A DNA stretch of 62,170 nucleotides, the filler included, from Globobulimina sp. (Eukaryota), in NCBI GenBank assembly GCA_003354225.1. It is 20 parts of 20 records of this genome, joined end to end, with 100 filler letters (N's around TTAATTAATTAA, not from the genome) between each part and the next. Parts side by side here need not be neighbours in the genome. Positions count along the whole stretch, not along the records: positions 46,716 to 49,726 come from PIVH01004024.1; positions 49,827 to 52,837 come from PIVH01004025.1; positions 52,938 to 55,948 come from PIVH01004026.1; positions 56,049 to 59,059 come from PIVH01004027.1; positions 59,160 to 62,170 come from PIVH01004028.1; 15 more parts are not named here. The stretch is one strand, 5' to 3'. Both the position numbers and the translations under genes were made by a program. Under the pieces are notes generated by a model. That model was given only the letters and a program-made list of their open reading frames with translations. It was not told the DNA's origin and searched no databases. Positions within the stretch are counted from its first letter, which is position 1, and the number at the start of each line of letters is the position of its first letter. Shown one piece after another: positions 48,575 through 59,954 of this stretch.

Positions 48575-49632
48575 TAGGAGTTGCCGCTGGAGCCGCGATT
48601 GAAACCATTTGGTTTCGAAATAACACGTTTATGAATAAACCTGCGACAACATACTCCTTCAGGCCAGAACTCAGGGTCCTTAACTTTCCCTTCATCATCT
48701 GAGCTAATAGTCAATTTAAAAGATTGCATTGGAGCTTCGGAATTTGACATTTTTAATAGTTCAATAATAGTAATATGTTCAGAAATATAATTTTTAATCT
48801 CTTCCTGTGAAACATCATTGTGGACCCGGAAAATAAAAAAGTCGACAGTTTTACGACCACTTTTAAACGATTCACATTTTGTAGAAGTTCCAACGACTGC
48901 ATTTTTATTTCTCTTTGCCTTTCTCATTTCTTGCAACCGTTCATGTCGCTGAACTTGAAATTCATTATTATTTAGAGTGGTCCAGGGTGGAGCACCTGAG
49001 TGATGTGACTGGGGAAGAAGACCCCTGCCACCGAAACCACTGTGTGAGCTTCCACCCTGAGTACCTCCTAAATTTTTCTGAGTAGCATTAAGGTAACTTG
49101 GTACAAAGGATTTACTTCGATCCATAGTTTCAGTCTCAAAACTAGCACCCATATCAGTCTGTGTAGGACGGGTTCCTGATGGATCCACTGCCCTTTGTAC
49201 TCCCAGACTTTTAACATGGTTAGCAAGTTTATCTAAAGCCTTTTGAGTTTGAACTTGGGTTTTGCGCAACATCTCAATTTCTCTAGTGATTGCATCCGCA
49301 TTTTTAAGCTCAGGAGAAAACGAGAAAAATGGTAATCGCTTCAGATCAACGGAGCAAAAAATGATACAAGAATAATCTTCATTTTCTCGGTATTTATCAA
49401 ATACAACAAAAATATCGTCTAGATTTTGACTGGAAATCGAAGCTTCGTTTCTGCTGCGGTTCGGGTATTTTTTACCTTCCTTGAACGTATCTAGCAGAAT
49501 TTTTCTAGCCTCCGTTATTTCATTTTCATCGAAATTGCTTATTATACACTCTTTCATTTTACTTTTGGTAAACGTGCCTCTATACTGATCGATAAAATTC
49601 AAAATCTCACTACGTACAAGTGAGGGTGCCAT
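48574..49632 (-). CDS. Non-LTR retrotransposon ORF1
   Basis: 352 aa ORF abutting ORF2; coiled coil; C-terminal FFIFRV...SFKLTI...DPEFWPEGVCCRRF, typical of LINE ORF1 RRM-like domains. Confidence 0.85.
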   Translation of the reverse strand: MAPSLVRSEILNFIDQYRGTFTKSKMKECIISNFDENEITEARKILLDTFKEGKKYPNRSRNEASISSQNLDDIFVVFDKYRENEDYSCIIFCSVDLKRLPFFSFSPELKNADAITREIEMLRKTQVQTQKALDKLANHVKSLGVQRAVDPSGTRPTQTDMGASFETETMDRSKSFVPSYLNATQKNLGGTQGGSSHSGFGGRGLLPQSHHSGAPPWTTLNNNEFQVQRHERLQEMRKAKRNKNAVVGTSTKCESFKSGRKTVDFFIFRVHNDVSQEEIKNYISEHITIIELLKMSNSEAPMQSFKLTISSDDEGKVKDPEFWPEGVCCRRFIHKRVISKPNGFNRGSSGNS

Positions 49633-49951
49633 TGTGGCCTTTGCTTTACGCTAGTGTAAAGAACACAGCGACAGATAACAAAAGACCCACATACAACGAC
49701 ACGTAAACGAGATATAACCTTTGCCTNNNNNNNNNNNNNNNNNNNNNNNNNNNNNNNNNNNNNNNNNNNNTTAATTAATTAANNNNNNNNNNNNNNNNNN
49801 NNNNNNNNNNNNNNNNNNNNNNNNNNTACGCTCTTTGCTTTCATATACACATTAAACACAAACTGTTTGCTGAGATAATTATTTACGGACAATGAATTGG
49901 AAAAAAATACTATATTGAACTGACAAGTGTTTTAAAATCAATCTCATTTGA

Positions 49952-50564
49952 TTACCATGGCTGTAATCGCAACCCGTATTCATCTGTAACTTTGTTCATT
50001 GCAAATAAAAAAATATCAGTAATAATCCATGCGGCCCATACCAAAAATGTAGCTAACACAAAAATGGAGTTTGCTTGCAGACATCTTTCAATCGCAAAAA
50101 CTATTCCTAACACTAATTTGCTTATAGCTATGACATAACTACCGATATAAAAACGAGCAGCACCAAGTCCTCCAAGAAATAATGTCAATAAAAATGCAAT
50201 TAATTGTTTTTTCGTCGAATGTGACGTATCCGCTGATGTTTCAATGTCATCAATCTCCTCATCGATGCTATCACTGCCAATCATCATAGCTGAAAATGAT
50301 GGGAAATATTTACGGCTAAAATAGTATGGAGGATATCGATGTTGTTTTCTATGTTGGTTATGTATAGCATCTTTTTCATGGTGATTGTAACCGTTTTCAT
50401 TCCCTAATAAAATATTGTATATACGCACAGGTAATATTCAAATGTATGAATATTTAACTCGATTGGGAAATGAATTGCGGATACAGTTGTATCCCATCAA
50501 CGACATCATATAACCACACAATATGCATCAACACAATTACAAAAATATTTAGAGACTGTGCCAT
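49952..50564 (-). CDS. TM2-domain protein, spliced
   Basis: KKQLIAFLLTLFLGGLGAARFYIGSY...WIITD...DEYGLRL; upstream signal-peptide exon. Confidence 0.85.
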
Positions 50565-50799
50565 GGCATGTGAAGTAACACTACGATTTTTATTCAACTG
50601 TTTTTGATATAACAATAAGGTCGAGCGTTTGGAGGACATATAGCTAGGTCTGTATTTATTTTGCAGTTTGCAAACCCAATGCAAATTTTCTTTGCATAAA
50701 ATCATATACAAAATATCGACCAGAGGGGTGTTATCTATTAAAAGTTGTCGGACTTATTTTGAACACTCCAAAAATTTTTGCTCAACACTCCCAAAAATA

Positions 50800-51243
50800 A
50801 TGGGTAATAGCGACTCAGAGTGTGTATTTATCGAAACAATTAACGGCATAGATTTTAATAAGGTTCGATATGATCGAGAATGGACGTTCCTCAATGTTGA
50901 TGATGCAGCATTTTATCCATCGAAAAAAGGATATCGACGATGGCTCGATTCGTATAAAAAACACATTGAAGTCGCACCTCGTAAATGTATGGCTTGTGGC
51001 GAAGAAACAAAATTAAGGGGAGGACATATGAAACGAGCAGATAAATTGGGAGATGTTAATGATCATTTTATAATTCCTGTTTGTTCCAAATGTAAGAAAT
51101 ATCATAAAGAGAAACCAACAGAAGTTGTGGTAGCGGCCAATGTATGGCTATTAAAAGCAAATCCCTCCGCAAGGGGAAGAATGGCAAAACTCCAATCTGG
51201 CATTGGGACTGGTTTGAGCATGAAAAATATTTTTGGCAAATAA
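50800..51243 (+). CDS. Small Cys/His zinc-binding (HNH-like) protein
   Basis: MGNS start; W...Y.......CMACG......GGHM.......FIIPVCSKC...H. Confidence 0.6.
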   Translation: MGNSDSECVFIETINGIDFNKVRYDREWTFLNVDDAAFYPSKKGYRRWLDSYKKHIEVAPRKCMACGEETKLRGGHMKRADKLGDVNDHFIIPVCSKCKKYHKEKPTEVVVAANVWLLKANPSARGRMAKLQSGIGTGLSMKNIFGK

Positions 51244-51445
51244 AAATACGCAATTTAGCAGCAATTTAATTTATTATTGTACACTGCATATATAATTTGC
51301 AAATTATCACCGTATTAATTTTTTTTTTTAACATTTTGTATTTTGTATTTTGTTATAATTCATATATTATAAAGAATAATCAGCAATGAATTCCAAGCAA
51401 TCTTGTTTATAATTTATACTAATTTTCATAATCATTGTCGTTCAT

Positions 51446-51530
51446 GGCTCTTTTCGTAAAAACGTTACCTTTTTGAAATGAACTCTGTTTGTTTACAAAC
51501 TGTCAGAACAAAAGATAACATAGAAACGTT
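51446..51530. repeat. Second copy of the TIR of the 21063-21584 element
   Basis: GGCTCTTTTCGTAAAAACGTTACCTTTTTGAAATGAACTCTGTTTGTTTACAAACTGTCAGAACAAAAG on an unrelated contig. Confidence 0.85.
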
Positions 51531-51856
51531 TCTCAAGGTTTTGAGCAGTTTTTTCAGTCAATCAGCTACGAATTTGTTACCCTTAAAACGTTTTTGTCAA
51601 CCAGCAATTCATTTCTGTACAGACGCAAAGTTCTAAAAGTCCTGGAATTCCTAAAAAACGACAATGATTATGAAAAGAAACTGAGCGACAATGGTTTTGA
51701 ATTGGTATAATGTTCCGATTGCGCGATTCTACGGTAGTCATTATTTCGATTAATATTCGCTAAACTGGAAAAAACCCAAAGCAGTGGCGAACGCACCACA
51801 CACACACACAAATTGAATAACATCCCAAACAATTCGCTAAATTGATCATGATCAAC

Positions 51857-52837
51857 TCAAATACATGTACAGTCACCAAATCTCGTATTCATTTGATTAA
51901 ACACGTACTGAAACATTAATTCATTTTTATTTTTAGTACAGCCATTCAATAATGAATACCAAATCACATAATGATTATCGTCAAATTTGTAATCACAATA
52001 CTTCTCATATTTATATATCAAATCTGATGCTTTATTGACATAATTTTTATTTCCTAAACAATGAACTATAGCATTTATAACATGCGAATCATATTTAATC
52101 TCTTTATTTAGTTCCAAATCATTTTCCCATATATTCAAAGCATCAGCAACAAAACCAGAATGACTGCATGCATTTATTAACAATATGTATGTCCTTCGAC
52201 CTGGCCTTAATCCAATATCATTTCCCATCCACTTATACAATCTCTCACATTCTTTAAAATTGCCATTAATTGAATATGCATAAAGCATTGCATGGCAAAC
52301 ACCAATTTCGTGTTGTTTGCTGTTCTCAAATATCTCCTCACAGACTTGTAACAGTCCATATTTGCCATACATACTGATCAAGCTGCATTCAATACTGCTT
52401 TCCTGTAATATCCACCCATTATCATCCATATTATTCAATAAATCGACATGTAATTTCTTACCAAACTCTAATTGTACTCCGTTAGTACATGCTTTCAATG
52501 CAGTTTGATAAATACCAATATTTGCTGTTAACTCTGGATTGATTGATTTAATTTGTTTGAATAAATCAATGCATTCATCATACATTTTACAATCACAATA
52601 GGACTCCATCATTGCACCAACACAAATAATGTCTTTCTTATCATTTTGAACGGTATTAAAAATATTTTGCGCAGTGGCAATATCTCCGCAACTCCCATAA
52701 AATGAAATAAACGCACTTTTTAACCTAATATGTTTATCATTTAATACTATATTTGAATATATTTGTTTGCCTTTATCATAATTACTACAATTACGACAGG
52801 CTTTGACTGCCAGTAAATGTGTGCAATCATTATTGAA
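51857..52837 (-). CDS. Pentatricopeptide repeat (PPR) protein, 5'-partial
   Basis: ALKACT...GKKLH, SLISMYGKYG....EEIF, AMLYAYSING, PGRRTYILLINACSHSG repeats. Confidence 0.9.
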   Translation of the reverse strand, partial: FNNDCTHLLAVKACRNCSNYDKGKQIYSNIVLNDKHIRLKSAFISFYGSCGDIATAQNIFNTVQNDKKDIICVGAMMESYCDCKMYDECIDLFKQIKSINPELTANIGIYQTALKACTNGVQLEFGKKLHVDLLNNMDDNGWILQESSIECSLISMYGKYGLLQVCEEIFENSKQHEIGVCHAMLYAYSINGNFKECERLYKWMGNDIGLRPGRRTYILLINACSHSGFVADALNIWENDLELNKEIKYDSHVINAIVHCLGNKNYVNKASDLIYKYEKYCDYKFDDNHYVIWYSLLNGCTKNKNELMFQYVFNQMNTRFGDCTCI

Positions 52838-52937
52838 NNNNNNNNNNNNNNNNNNNNNNNNNNNNNNNNNNNNNNNNNNNNTTAATTAATTAANNNNNNN
52901 NNNNNNNNNNNNNNNNNNNNNNNNNNNNNNNNNNNNN

Positions 52938-55900
52938 TTATTTACAGATATTGCAAGATACGAACAATTATAACTCGTTTCCGATGTTGGTTGGAGGCGA
53001 CATGAACGCTCATAATAATGCATGGTTTGAGGGAGATATTAGGTCCTCGAAGGCAGAAAAAAGTGGCTCAATTTTAGCGGACTGGATCTATGATAACAAA
53101 TATTTAATTTTGAACGATATGAAAGCAACGAGAGTCAGAAAACAACAAATTACTTCGCCGGACGTTATTTTTGTTAACAACAAAACAAAAATTGAAGATT
53201 GGAAATGTTGGTCAGAAGATTTTGGACGCGCAGAGACAAAGAAATATTACTCAGATCATTTAGTGTTATTCGCTTTTTATAGTAAAGGCGAGTTATACGA
53301 AAAAGAATTACCAGAATTTGCGATAAAAACAGGTACGGACAGATGTTGGGATAAATGGAGAATGGAATTAGCGGATAGCATCGATGAATGGTATGATATT
53401 TATGGAAAGAACTTGAATGAATTATTGACACTCTATTTAACCACGTATGGCAATGGAAACTGCGACATAAATAGAGATTATTTATTAGATTCAGTTGCGT
53501 TGTCACGTGACGATGTATTGGATGCAGTGAATGATTTATTTAAACACAGAATCGTTGATACTTCCATTGATATATTAGGTTTACGAAAGAAAACGATCGG
53601 GAATAACAAGCCGTGGCTAACAATTAAGATGAAAAATGCAATAAAGGATTATATTTGCTACAAACAGCGATTTAAATCATTTAGTAAAAGAAAGAAGAAA
53701 ATTATGAAGGAAGTATTGTTGGAAAAAAAGAAAATCAGTGATAATTTGTGCGATAATGGAAGGAAAGCATGGATTAAGGATGAAATAAGAAATATTAATA
53801 ATAATGGTACCATGCCGTGGAAGCAAATAAATAATATAATTAAATATGATAATAATTCAACAAAAAGTATACCTGTTTGGTATAATAAGAATGGCACAAT
53901 AAACTCAGTGAAATCGATCGATAAAGCTAAGAATTATATGAATTACCTGCACAGATTTGATGACGACGAAATTGAGCAAGAAAGTGAAGCATTGCACAAT
54001 GATCAGTTTGATGAAATCATTAAGAACTACAACAACAAAAACAAGCAACGATTTGGCACAAAACAACACTTTGAAGAATTGAAAGAAATTAACTCAATTT
54101 TGGATATCGACGATGTAGAACCATTGATTTTATCGTTTAAAAAAGGCAAAGCGAATAATAGTGACAAATCAAATTATATATTGTTGCAGAATGGAATTGA
54201 AATACTTAAACAAAGCCTATATTTATGCTATAACTCATTATTTATTTTAGGAATTCGAGAGCTTTCAATGAATATTAGAGACATAACAGTCATACTTAAA
54301 TCAAATAAACCCGCAAAATATATGGACAGTTATCGACCTGTCTCGTTATTGTCGAGCTGCAGCAACCCGTATGACAAATGGATGGCGACTAAGTATTTAA
54401 AATATGGCGTAAAAATGGGTATAATCAAGCCGCGACATTTTGGTTTTGTCAAAGGCTTAGGATGTACGGATGCGATTGGATACATTGTAGAATTGATATG
54501 GAATAACAGGATGAATAAAATTGATACGCATTTATTGTTTATTGATTTCAAAGCCGCATTTGACACGATTCAACATACAATAATCTTGGAATGTATTCGA
54601 ATTAATATCGGTATAAATGGATTCGCCTTCGATTACTTATTTGTAGCATTAGAATTTAGATGGGGCAGAGTGAAGATATACGGATTTTATTGTCAATGGA
54701 GGCAAGATATTTGTGGTGTGCCTCAAGGCTGGCCCCCTTCGTCTATTTTATTCATATTCTTTACGATTGAATTTGACGCGATTAATGGACTGAGAATTGG
54801 ATTGATAATAATTGGCTACGCCGACGACAACACGGTGGTGTCAGACGGCACAATTTGTGGAAAAAAATTGAGAGATAATTTGCAATTCGCGACCGATTTT
54901 ATATCTTATTTAGCAAAGAAAAAACGGCTGTTTCTTCAGCCAAAAAAGCAGAATTATATGGTAATCTCATCCATATCGAATGATGTATTGCATAAGAAAG
55001 CATATTTTGACATTGAAATGGAAAACCAACCGGTTACCAAGAAATTTGATAAAGTCAGGTATTTAGGAATTTGGTTAGATTGGAAATTAGATTGGAATGC
55101 ACAGTATCGATCTGTTATAATTAATGGAAGAATATCATATATTAATATTTATAAACGTTATAAGTATGCATCGAAGCTAATTGCGAGGCATTTAGTTAAT
55201 ATTTATAAGGCGTTGATATATCCAAAGCTATTATATGCGGCAGAAATATGGTATGATACCAAACATTGCCTCTCATCTAAGCTGCGATCATTATATAACG
55301 ACACAGTACGACATTCAAATTACGCTGAACGTACAAATCCGATTAAATGGCAGTTAACGCAAATTGGGGAGACAAGCTTTGATAACATGGCAATTCAAAA
55401 GAAATCGACTTATTGGTCACGGATTATTAGATCGCCCGACACAAATATCCTAAATATAATCGTGAATAACAAATATTGGAAGCAATGGAATAACGAAAGA
55501 TTAGATTTGAATGAAGATTTCAAGCAACTTAAACAGAGAGAGAATATGCACAAAATTGATACTTTTAATTCAGATAAGATTGAGATAACAAACAAATTAT
55601 ACAGAAACGATTTGGATGAAACGTGGAAATTTGTCGAGAATCAATTTGATGACGTTGAGAATTTTAATATTAAACAAAAAACAATTAATAAATACAGAAA
55701 GAAAGTAAATAAGAGATATCACTTTTTTTATGAATTGTTTGATGCAGCGATCAAACTAAAAAGCTCAGATATTAAATATATGAAGAATGTCAATTATGAG
55801 ATTGTCCCAAAGAGGCTTTCATTTCATTTGAAGGCGTTGAAACAACCAAAGAGTTTATTTTGTTATTTGGAGGATGAAGAAGGTCAGAAATTATCATTTG

Positions 55901-55948
55901 ATGAAGATTGGGTTAGAAATTGGGCCGATAATCTATTTTATTATAATG
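52938..55948 (+). mobile_element. AT-rich non-LTR retrotransposon ORF (APE plus RT), both ends missing
   Basis: GGDMNAH, SPDV, SDH, YRPVSLLS, HFGF, FIDFKAAFD, GVPQG, GYADD, RYLGIWLD in a 1000 aa uninterrupted frame. Confidence 0.93.
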
Positions 55949-56271
55949 NNNNNNNNNNNNNNNNNNNNNNNNNNNNNNNNNNNNNNNNNNNNTTAATTAA
56001 TTAANNNNNNNNNNNNNNNNNNNNNNNNNNNNNNNNNNNNNNNNNNNNCGTGTGTTTTCATGGTTTGCTCGTAAATGGAATGCCTAGATATTTAGTTTTC
56101 ATTTAAATTTAAAGTGTTTTTGCAGGCATTTAGTTGATTCACCTTTAGGTATGTTGTATTTTAGGAGGTGCTGCATTTATAAGTACGTCTTTCAGGATGC
56201 CATTTAGTATATTTAGTATGTGATGTCTTTCAAGAACAGTTTTTTCTTTTTTGAGAATAGCTAGATCAGTG

Positions 56272-56906
56272 ATGGGAAGTTCTTGCTGTGCTCCAGTTCC
56301 AGATCGTTAGTTTGTTGTATCAATGCATTTTCGTATTGACAATTGTGTTATTGTTCAGGTGATACACCCAATGAAAGTTTATTGAAATCGAGTGTACATA
56401 TTAATGGTATCGATAATGTCTCAAAGGAGATTATTGAATTGCATCAATTTTTTGTCAACTGGTTCAATGGAACTGTTGCTGCACGGGACAAATCAAGCAT
56501 ATTTACACAGTTTAAGTCACGATTTGATAAACACTTCTCAATGAACACATGTTCTGGATCGACATTGGATTGTCAAACAGTGATAAATTGGATTGACTCT
56601 GCATATGAATCAGAGAAAGGTTCAAATTTTAAAATTGAAATCAAAAACGTTAAAATATGCGATCCGGACTTTGATAAAAATAAAATTGAAAAATTAAATT
56701 TATCCGATCATAACTTAGATGCAAATGATGATAAAATTCTAATTGTCTCATATGAAGAATGGCAGAAAAATGATACAAATACAAAACATTCCAGCAGACA
56801 ATCATATGTTGCGTTTGTTAAAGAGAACAATGATACAAAGCTTAGTCCAAATGGTCTCTTATGGAGGAAATTGAACGAGGAATGGATAAATGAGCACATA
56901 CATTGA
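56272..56906 (+). CDS. NTF2/SnoaL-like (DUF4440-like) protein with N-terminal acylation motif, 2 exons
   Basis: Exon 1 MGSSCCAPVPD, intron 56306-56358 in frame, then EIIELHQFFVNWFNG...FKIEIKNV...YEEWQ...RQS...PNGLLW..L.EEW. Confidence 0.7.
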
Positions 56907-57041
56907 CAAAGTAAACTCAAATTACTGCTTTTCAGTGCTTCTCTTATGTGCGAGGATAATGATAGGGCACAAATTAAATTAGCAAAGTCAATCTATAATT
57001 AATTCAAAACTAAAACACAAAAATGCAATGCACCACATTCA

Positions 57042-57725
57042 TTATTCAACATCACCAGACTCAAAATCCGTATATTTTCTCTGTTCATTTTGATTATTTT
57101 CATATGCGCCAAAATCAACAATGACATTCCTCGCCGACACATATTGCTTTCGGAATGTATGCCTCCTTAATAATCGAACAGTAAATCTCAACAATAATAA
57201 AGACAATAATATCCAGGCGGGCACATACCAATAAATTGGTGTTATCACAGCGCAAATAGCCACAAATAAAAAATCCATCCAATTTATAATTGATTTAAAA
57301 AATATGGCTTGAAATGCTTGGATATGGATCAAAATATCAAAGATCATTAAGGCTAAACAGGACATATTTAATGCAATAAACCATGTCGGCTGTTGGGATA
57401 AAGTTAAATTATCAATATGCAAATCCAATAAATCATAGATGAAGGCTGAGAGTGTTATTATTATTATCACCACATAACACAATGAATACGCATTATAATA
57501 TAATAAGTTTAAACAAAATTGTTGTCGTTTGTAGTTGGAGAGACAAAAACATTTATTCCTTTCTATTGAGCTTACTGATGGTGGTCTGTCAATTGGTGAG
57601 GAAGTTGCATTTATACTTTTGGCGGATGATATTATATCGCGTGGATTTGTGTGGTAGGGAATAGTCTTTTTATTGAGAGATGTTTTCTCTGTGCTGTTAG
57701 TGTTAGACTTCATTGACGATAACAT
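57042..57725 (-). CDS. Stand-alone voltage-sensor-like four-TM protein
   Basis: Four TMs with S2 FDILI, S3 INWMDF and S4 LLLRFTVRLLRR; no pore domain. Confidence 0.6.
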   Translation of the reverse strand: MLSSMKSNTNSTEKTSLNKKTIPYHTNPRDIISSAKSINATSSPIDRPPSVSSIERNKCFCLSNYKRQQFCLNLLYYNAYSLCYVVIIIITLSAFIYDLLDLHIDNLTLSQQPTWFIALNMSCLALMIFDILIHIQAFQAIFFKSIINWMDFLFVAICAVITPIYWYVPAWILLSLLLLRFTVRLLRRHTFRKQYVSARNVIVDFGAYENNQNEQRKYTDFESGDVE

Positions 57726-57802
57726 GATTAAAATGAGAAAATATAAATAGAAAAACAGCTGACGCTTCGAAAATCTCAACGTTACTTTACGAACTCATAA
57801 TA

Positions 57803-59059
57803 ATGAAGCCTTGTTTGTCAACGTTAATTTACGAACTCATTGTATTGAGCATATCATGGCCAATATATTTATATTATTCAATAAAGTGGTACAAATATCG
57901 TAATCATTTTGTAATTCAGAACAGGTATCCAAAAATATCAATTATTGTTTTTGGTGGTATTGTCCTGATACAGATTATGTCGTTCATAGAGTCCATTTTA
58001 TGCATTGACAGTATATCAGCCGCACTCATTGCAGTTGCAAACACAGTCAATGGCTTAGTATTTTATCGTACCTACTTATTTTATGTCCAATATGTGGAAT
58101 CCCAGTCATATTTAGCTCTAATGAGTAATGAATCAATTAATAATATAACATTCAGAAACACCCCAAGTTTAGAATTATTTTGTAGTTTTGTACTAAGATA
58201 AGATATATACTGTCAAAACAAAATATATTTGCAATTCACAGCAACGCGTTTACGCTATAAAATGTTAGCAAATGCAATCTTATTTGTTACATTCATAAAT
58301 TTTATGTTAATCATTATATTCTCAATTTGGGAAAGCACAATGATACGGATGTTAGCAATGGCAATGACAAACATCATAGGAATCGTTGTCGTTATTACTG
58401 TGTTGATCGCAAAAGTAAAAGATTCCATTGGATGCATAAAAGAAAGTGTATTGATCATTTGCATCAGTACATTTTTGATGATTTTTGCTCCGGTCCTTAG
58501 CTCTGCCTTTCCCGACGTTATGTTTCTTTTTATTTGTATCTCATTTCCGTGTTTATCTTTATGTTAATTTTAGTATATAGAGATAACTAAAATTATCGCT
58601 CATTTAAGTGTTACAATCATTGCATATTTCACATTGATTATTGGATTGCAACTAATTAAAAATAGAGAAAATAAAGACTTGCAAGTATTAAATGCAAAGA
58701 GTTTAGAATCGAATATATCGATAGAAACTTCTGCAGGTTCAACCGCTGCGGAAGCAAATATTTCAGCAAACGATGCGCATGAAATTAATAAACCGTTACA
58801 TGAGTATTTGGAAGATAACAAACATTATATTTTGTTTGCGGGCTATTTATCTGAATGCTGGGCATTAGAAAATTTGTTATTTGTCGAGCGAACAATAATT
58901 TTATATCATGCGATTTTGAAATATAAAGCTTTTGATACTGATTTTGTTGCTTCGCCTAACAGTCAACAAACAACACAATTGTTTGCAGCATATTATAATT
59001 TGACATTTAATTATTTGCCACAGATTTATGCAGATATAAATGAGCTGATTGATGAGGGA
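57803..59059 (+). CDS. 7TM-RGS protein, multi-exon, 3'-partial
   Basis: TM exons with RNHFVIQNRYP, KVKDSIGCIKE, followed by RGS-box LHEYLED...LFAGYLSECWALENLLFV. Confidence 0.8.
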
Positions 59060-59159
59060 NNNNNNNNNNNNNNNNNNNNNNNNNNNNNNNNNNNNNNNNN
59101 NNNTTAATTAATTAANNNNNNNNNNNNNNNNNNNNNNNNNNNNNNNNNNNNNNNNNNNN

Positions 59160-59724
59160 AACAAAATTGCAATTATTTGCAGCAATATTAATGTTATGGA
59201 CAATATTTGGTTGCGTATTCAACGTAATATTTGGTGAAAGTCATTTGGATCTACAATCATTTCCACACTGTATTATAAAATATAAACCATATACGATGAT
59301 ATCAGTTGCTTTTTTGGATGTTTTTGCTGGTTTTATAAGTTCATATTTATTCATTAAACCTGTTCTTGAAATACGGAAAACATTAAATTCAAACATTGAT
59401 AACAATGACCGGACAGAAACGAATGAATTAAAAAATCTCGCTTTAAAACAATGTATATTATGCATAATTGCTATAAGTTCCACATTAATCGTTATATTAT
59501 TTGTTGCATTGACTGGGATGAGGCATATTTTTGGTTCAATCGATGTTAATATATCTACTCTTTGTATCATTTTGATGTATCGATGGAACTCAAAAACTGT
59601 AGAAAATATATTTTGGTGTTGTTTAACGTCAAATATTAAAGATTTAAAAATGATGTCAAAAAATATGTCACAATCTGCGGATACAAAAGAAAGCAAAGAA
59701 ACAACTCAATCAACCATTGTATAA
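59160..59724 (+). CDS. GPCR-like multi-TM protein, C-terminal part
   Basis: Four TMs; SYLFIKPV, LALKQCILCIIAISST, IDVNISTLCIILMY, CC tail. Confidence 0.6.
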
Positions 59725-59954
59725 TGGATCGTATTATAGTTATTATTTTGTTATATTTTAGTTTGGTGTTTTTACTGTTTTATTATCAGTCTGTTTGTTT
59801 TATTGTTGAGTGTGTTTCATCTGTGGATTTCATGTGTTGTATCTATGGATTCGTACGGATTTTACATAAAAACGGATTTTACATAAAAACTGTTCATGTG
59901 TATGTTTATTTAAGTGTTTAATAGGAAAAGATAACACAACTCGAATAAAATTAG

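Noticed and set aside
3061-59115. Regularly spaced TTAATTAATTAA repeats as a CRISPR-like or biological array
   Set aside because: They are always embedded in N runs and give stops in all frames; this is an assembly linker. ORF tails reading X...LIN are artefacts of it.
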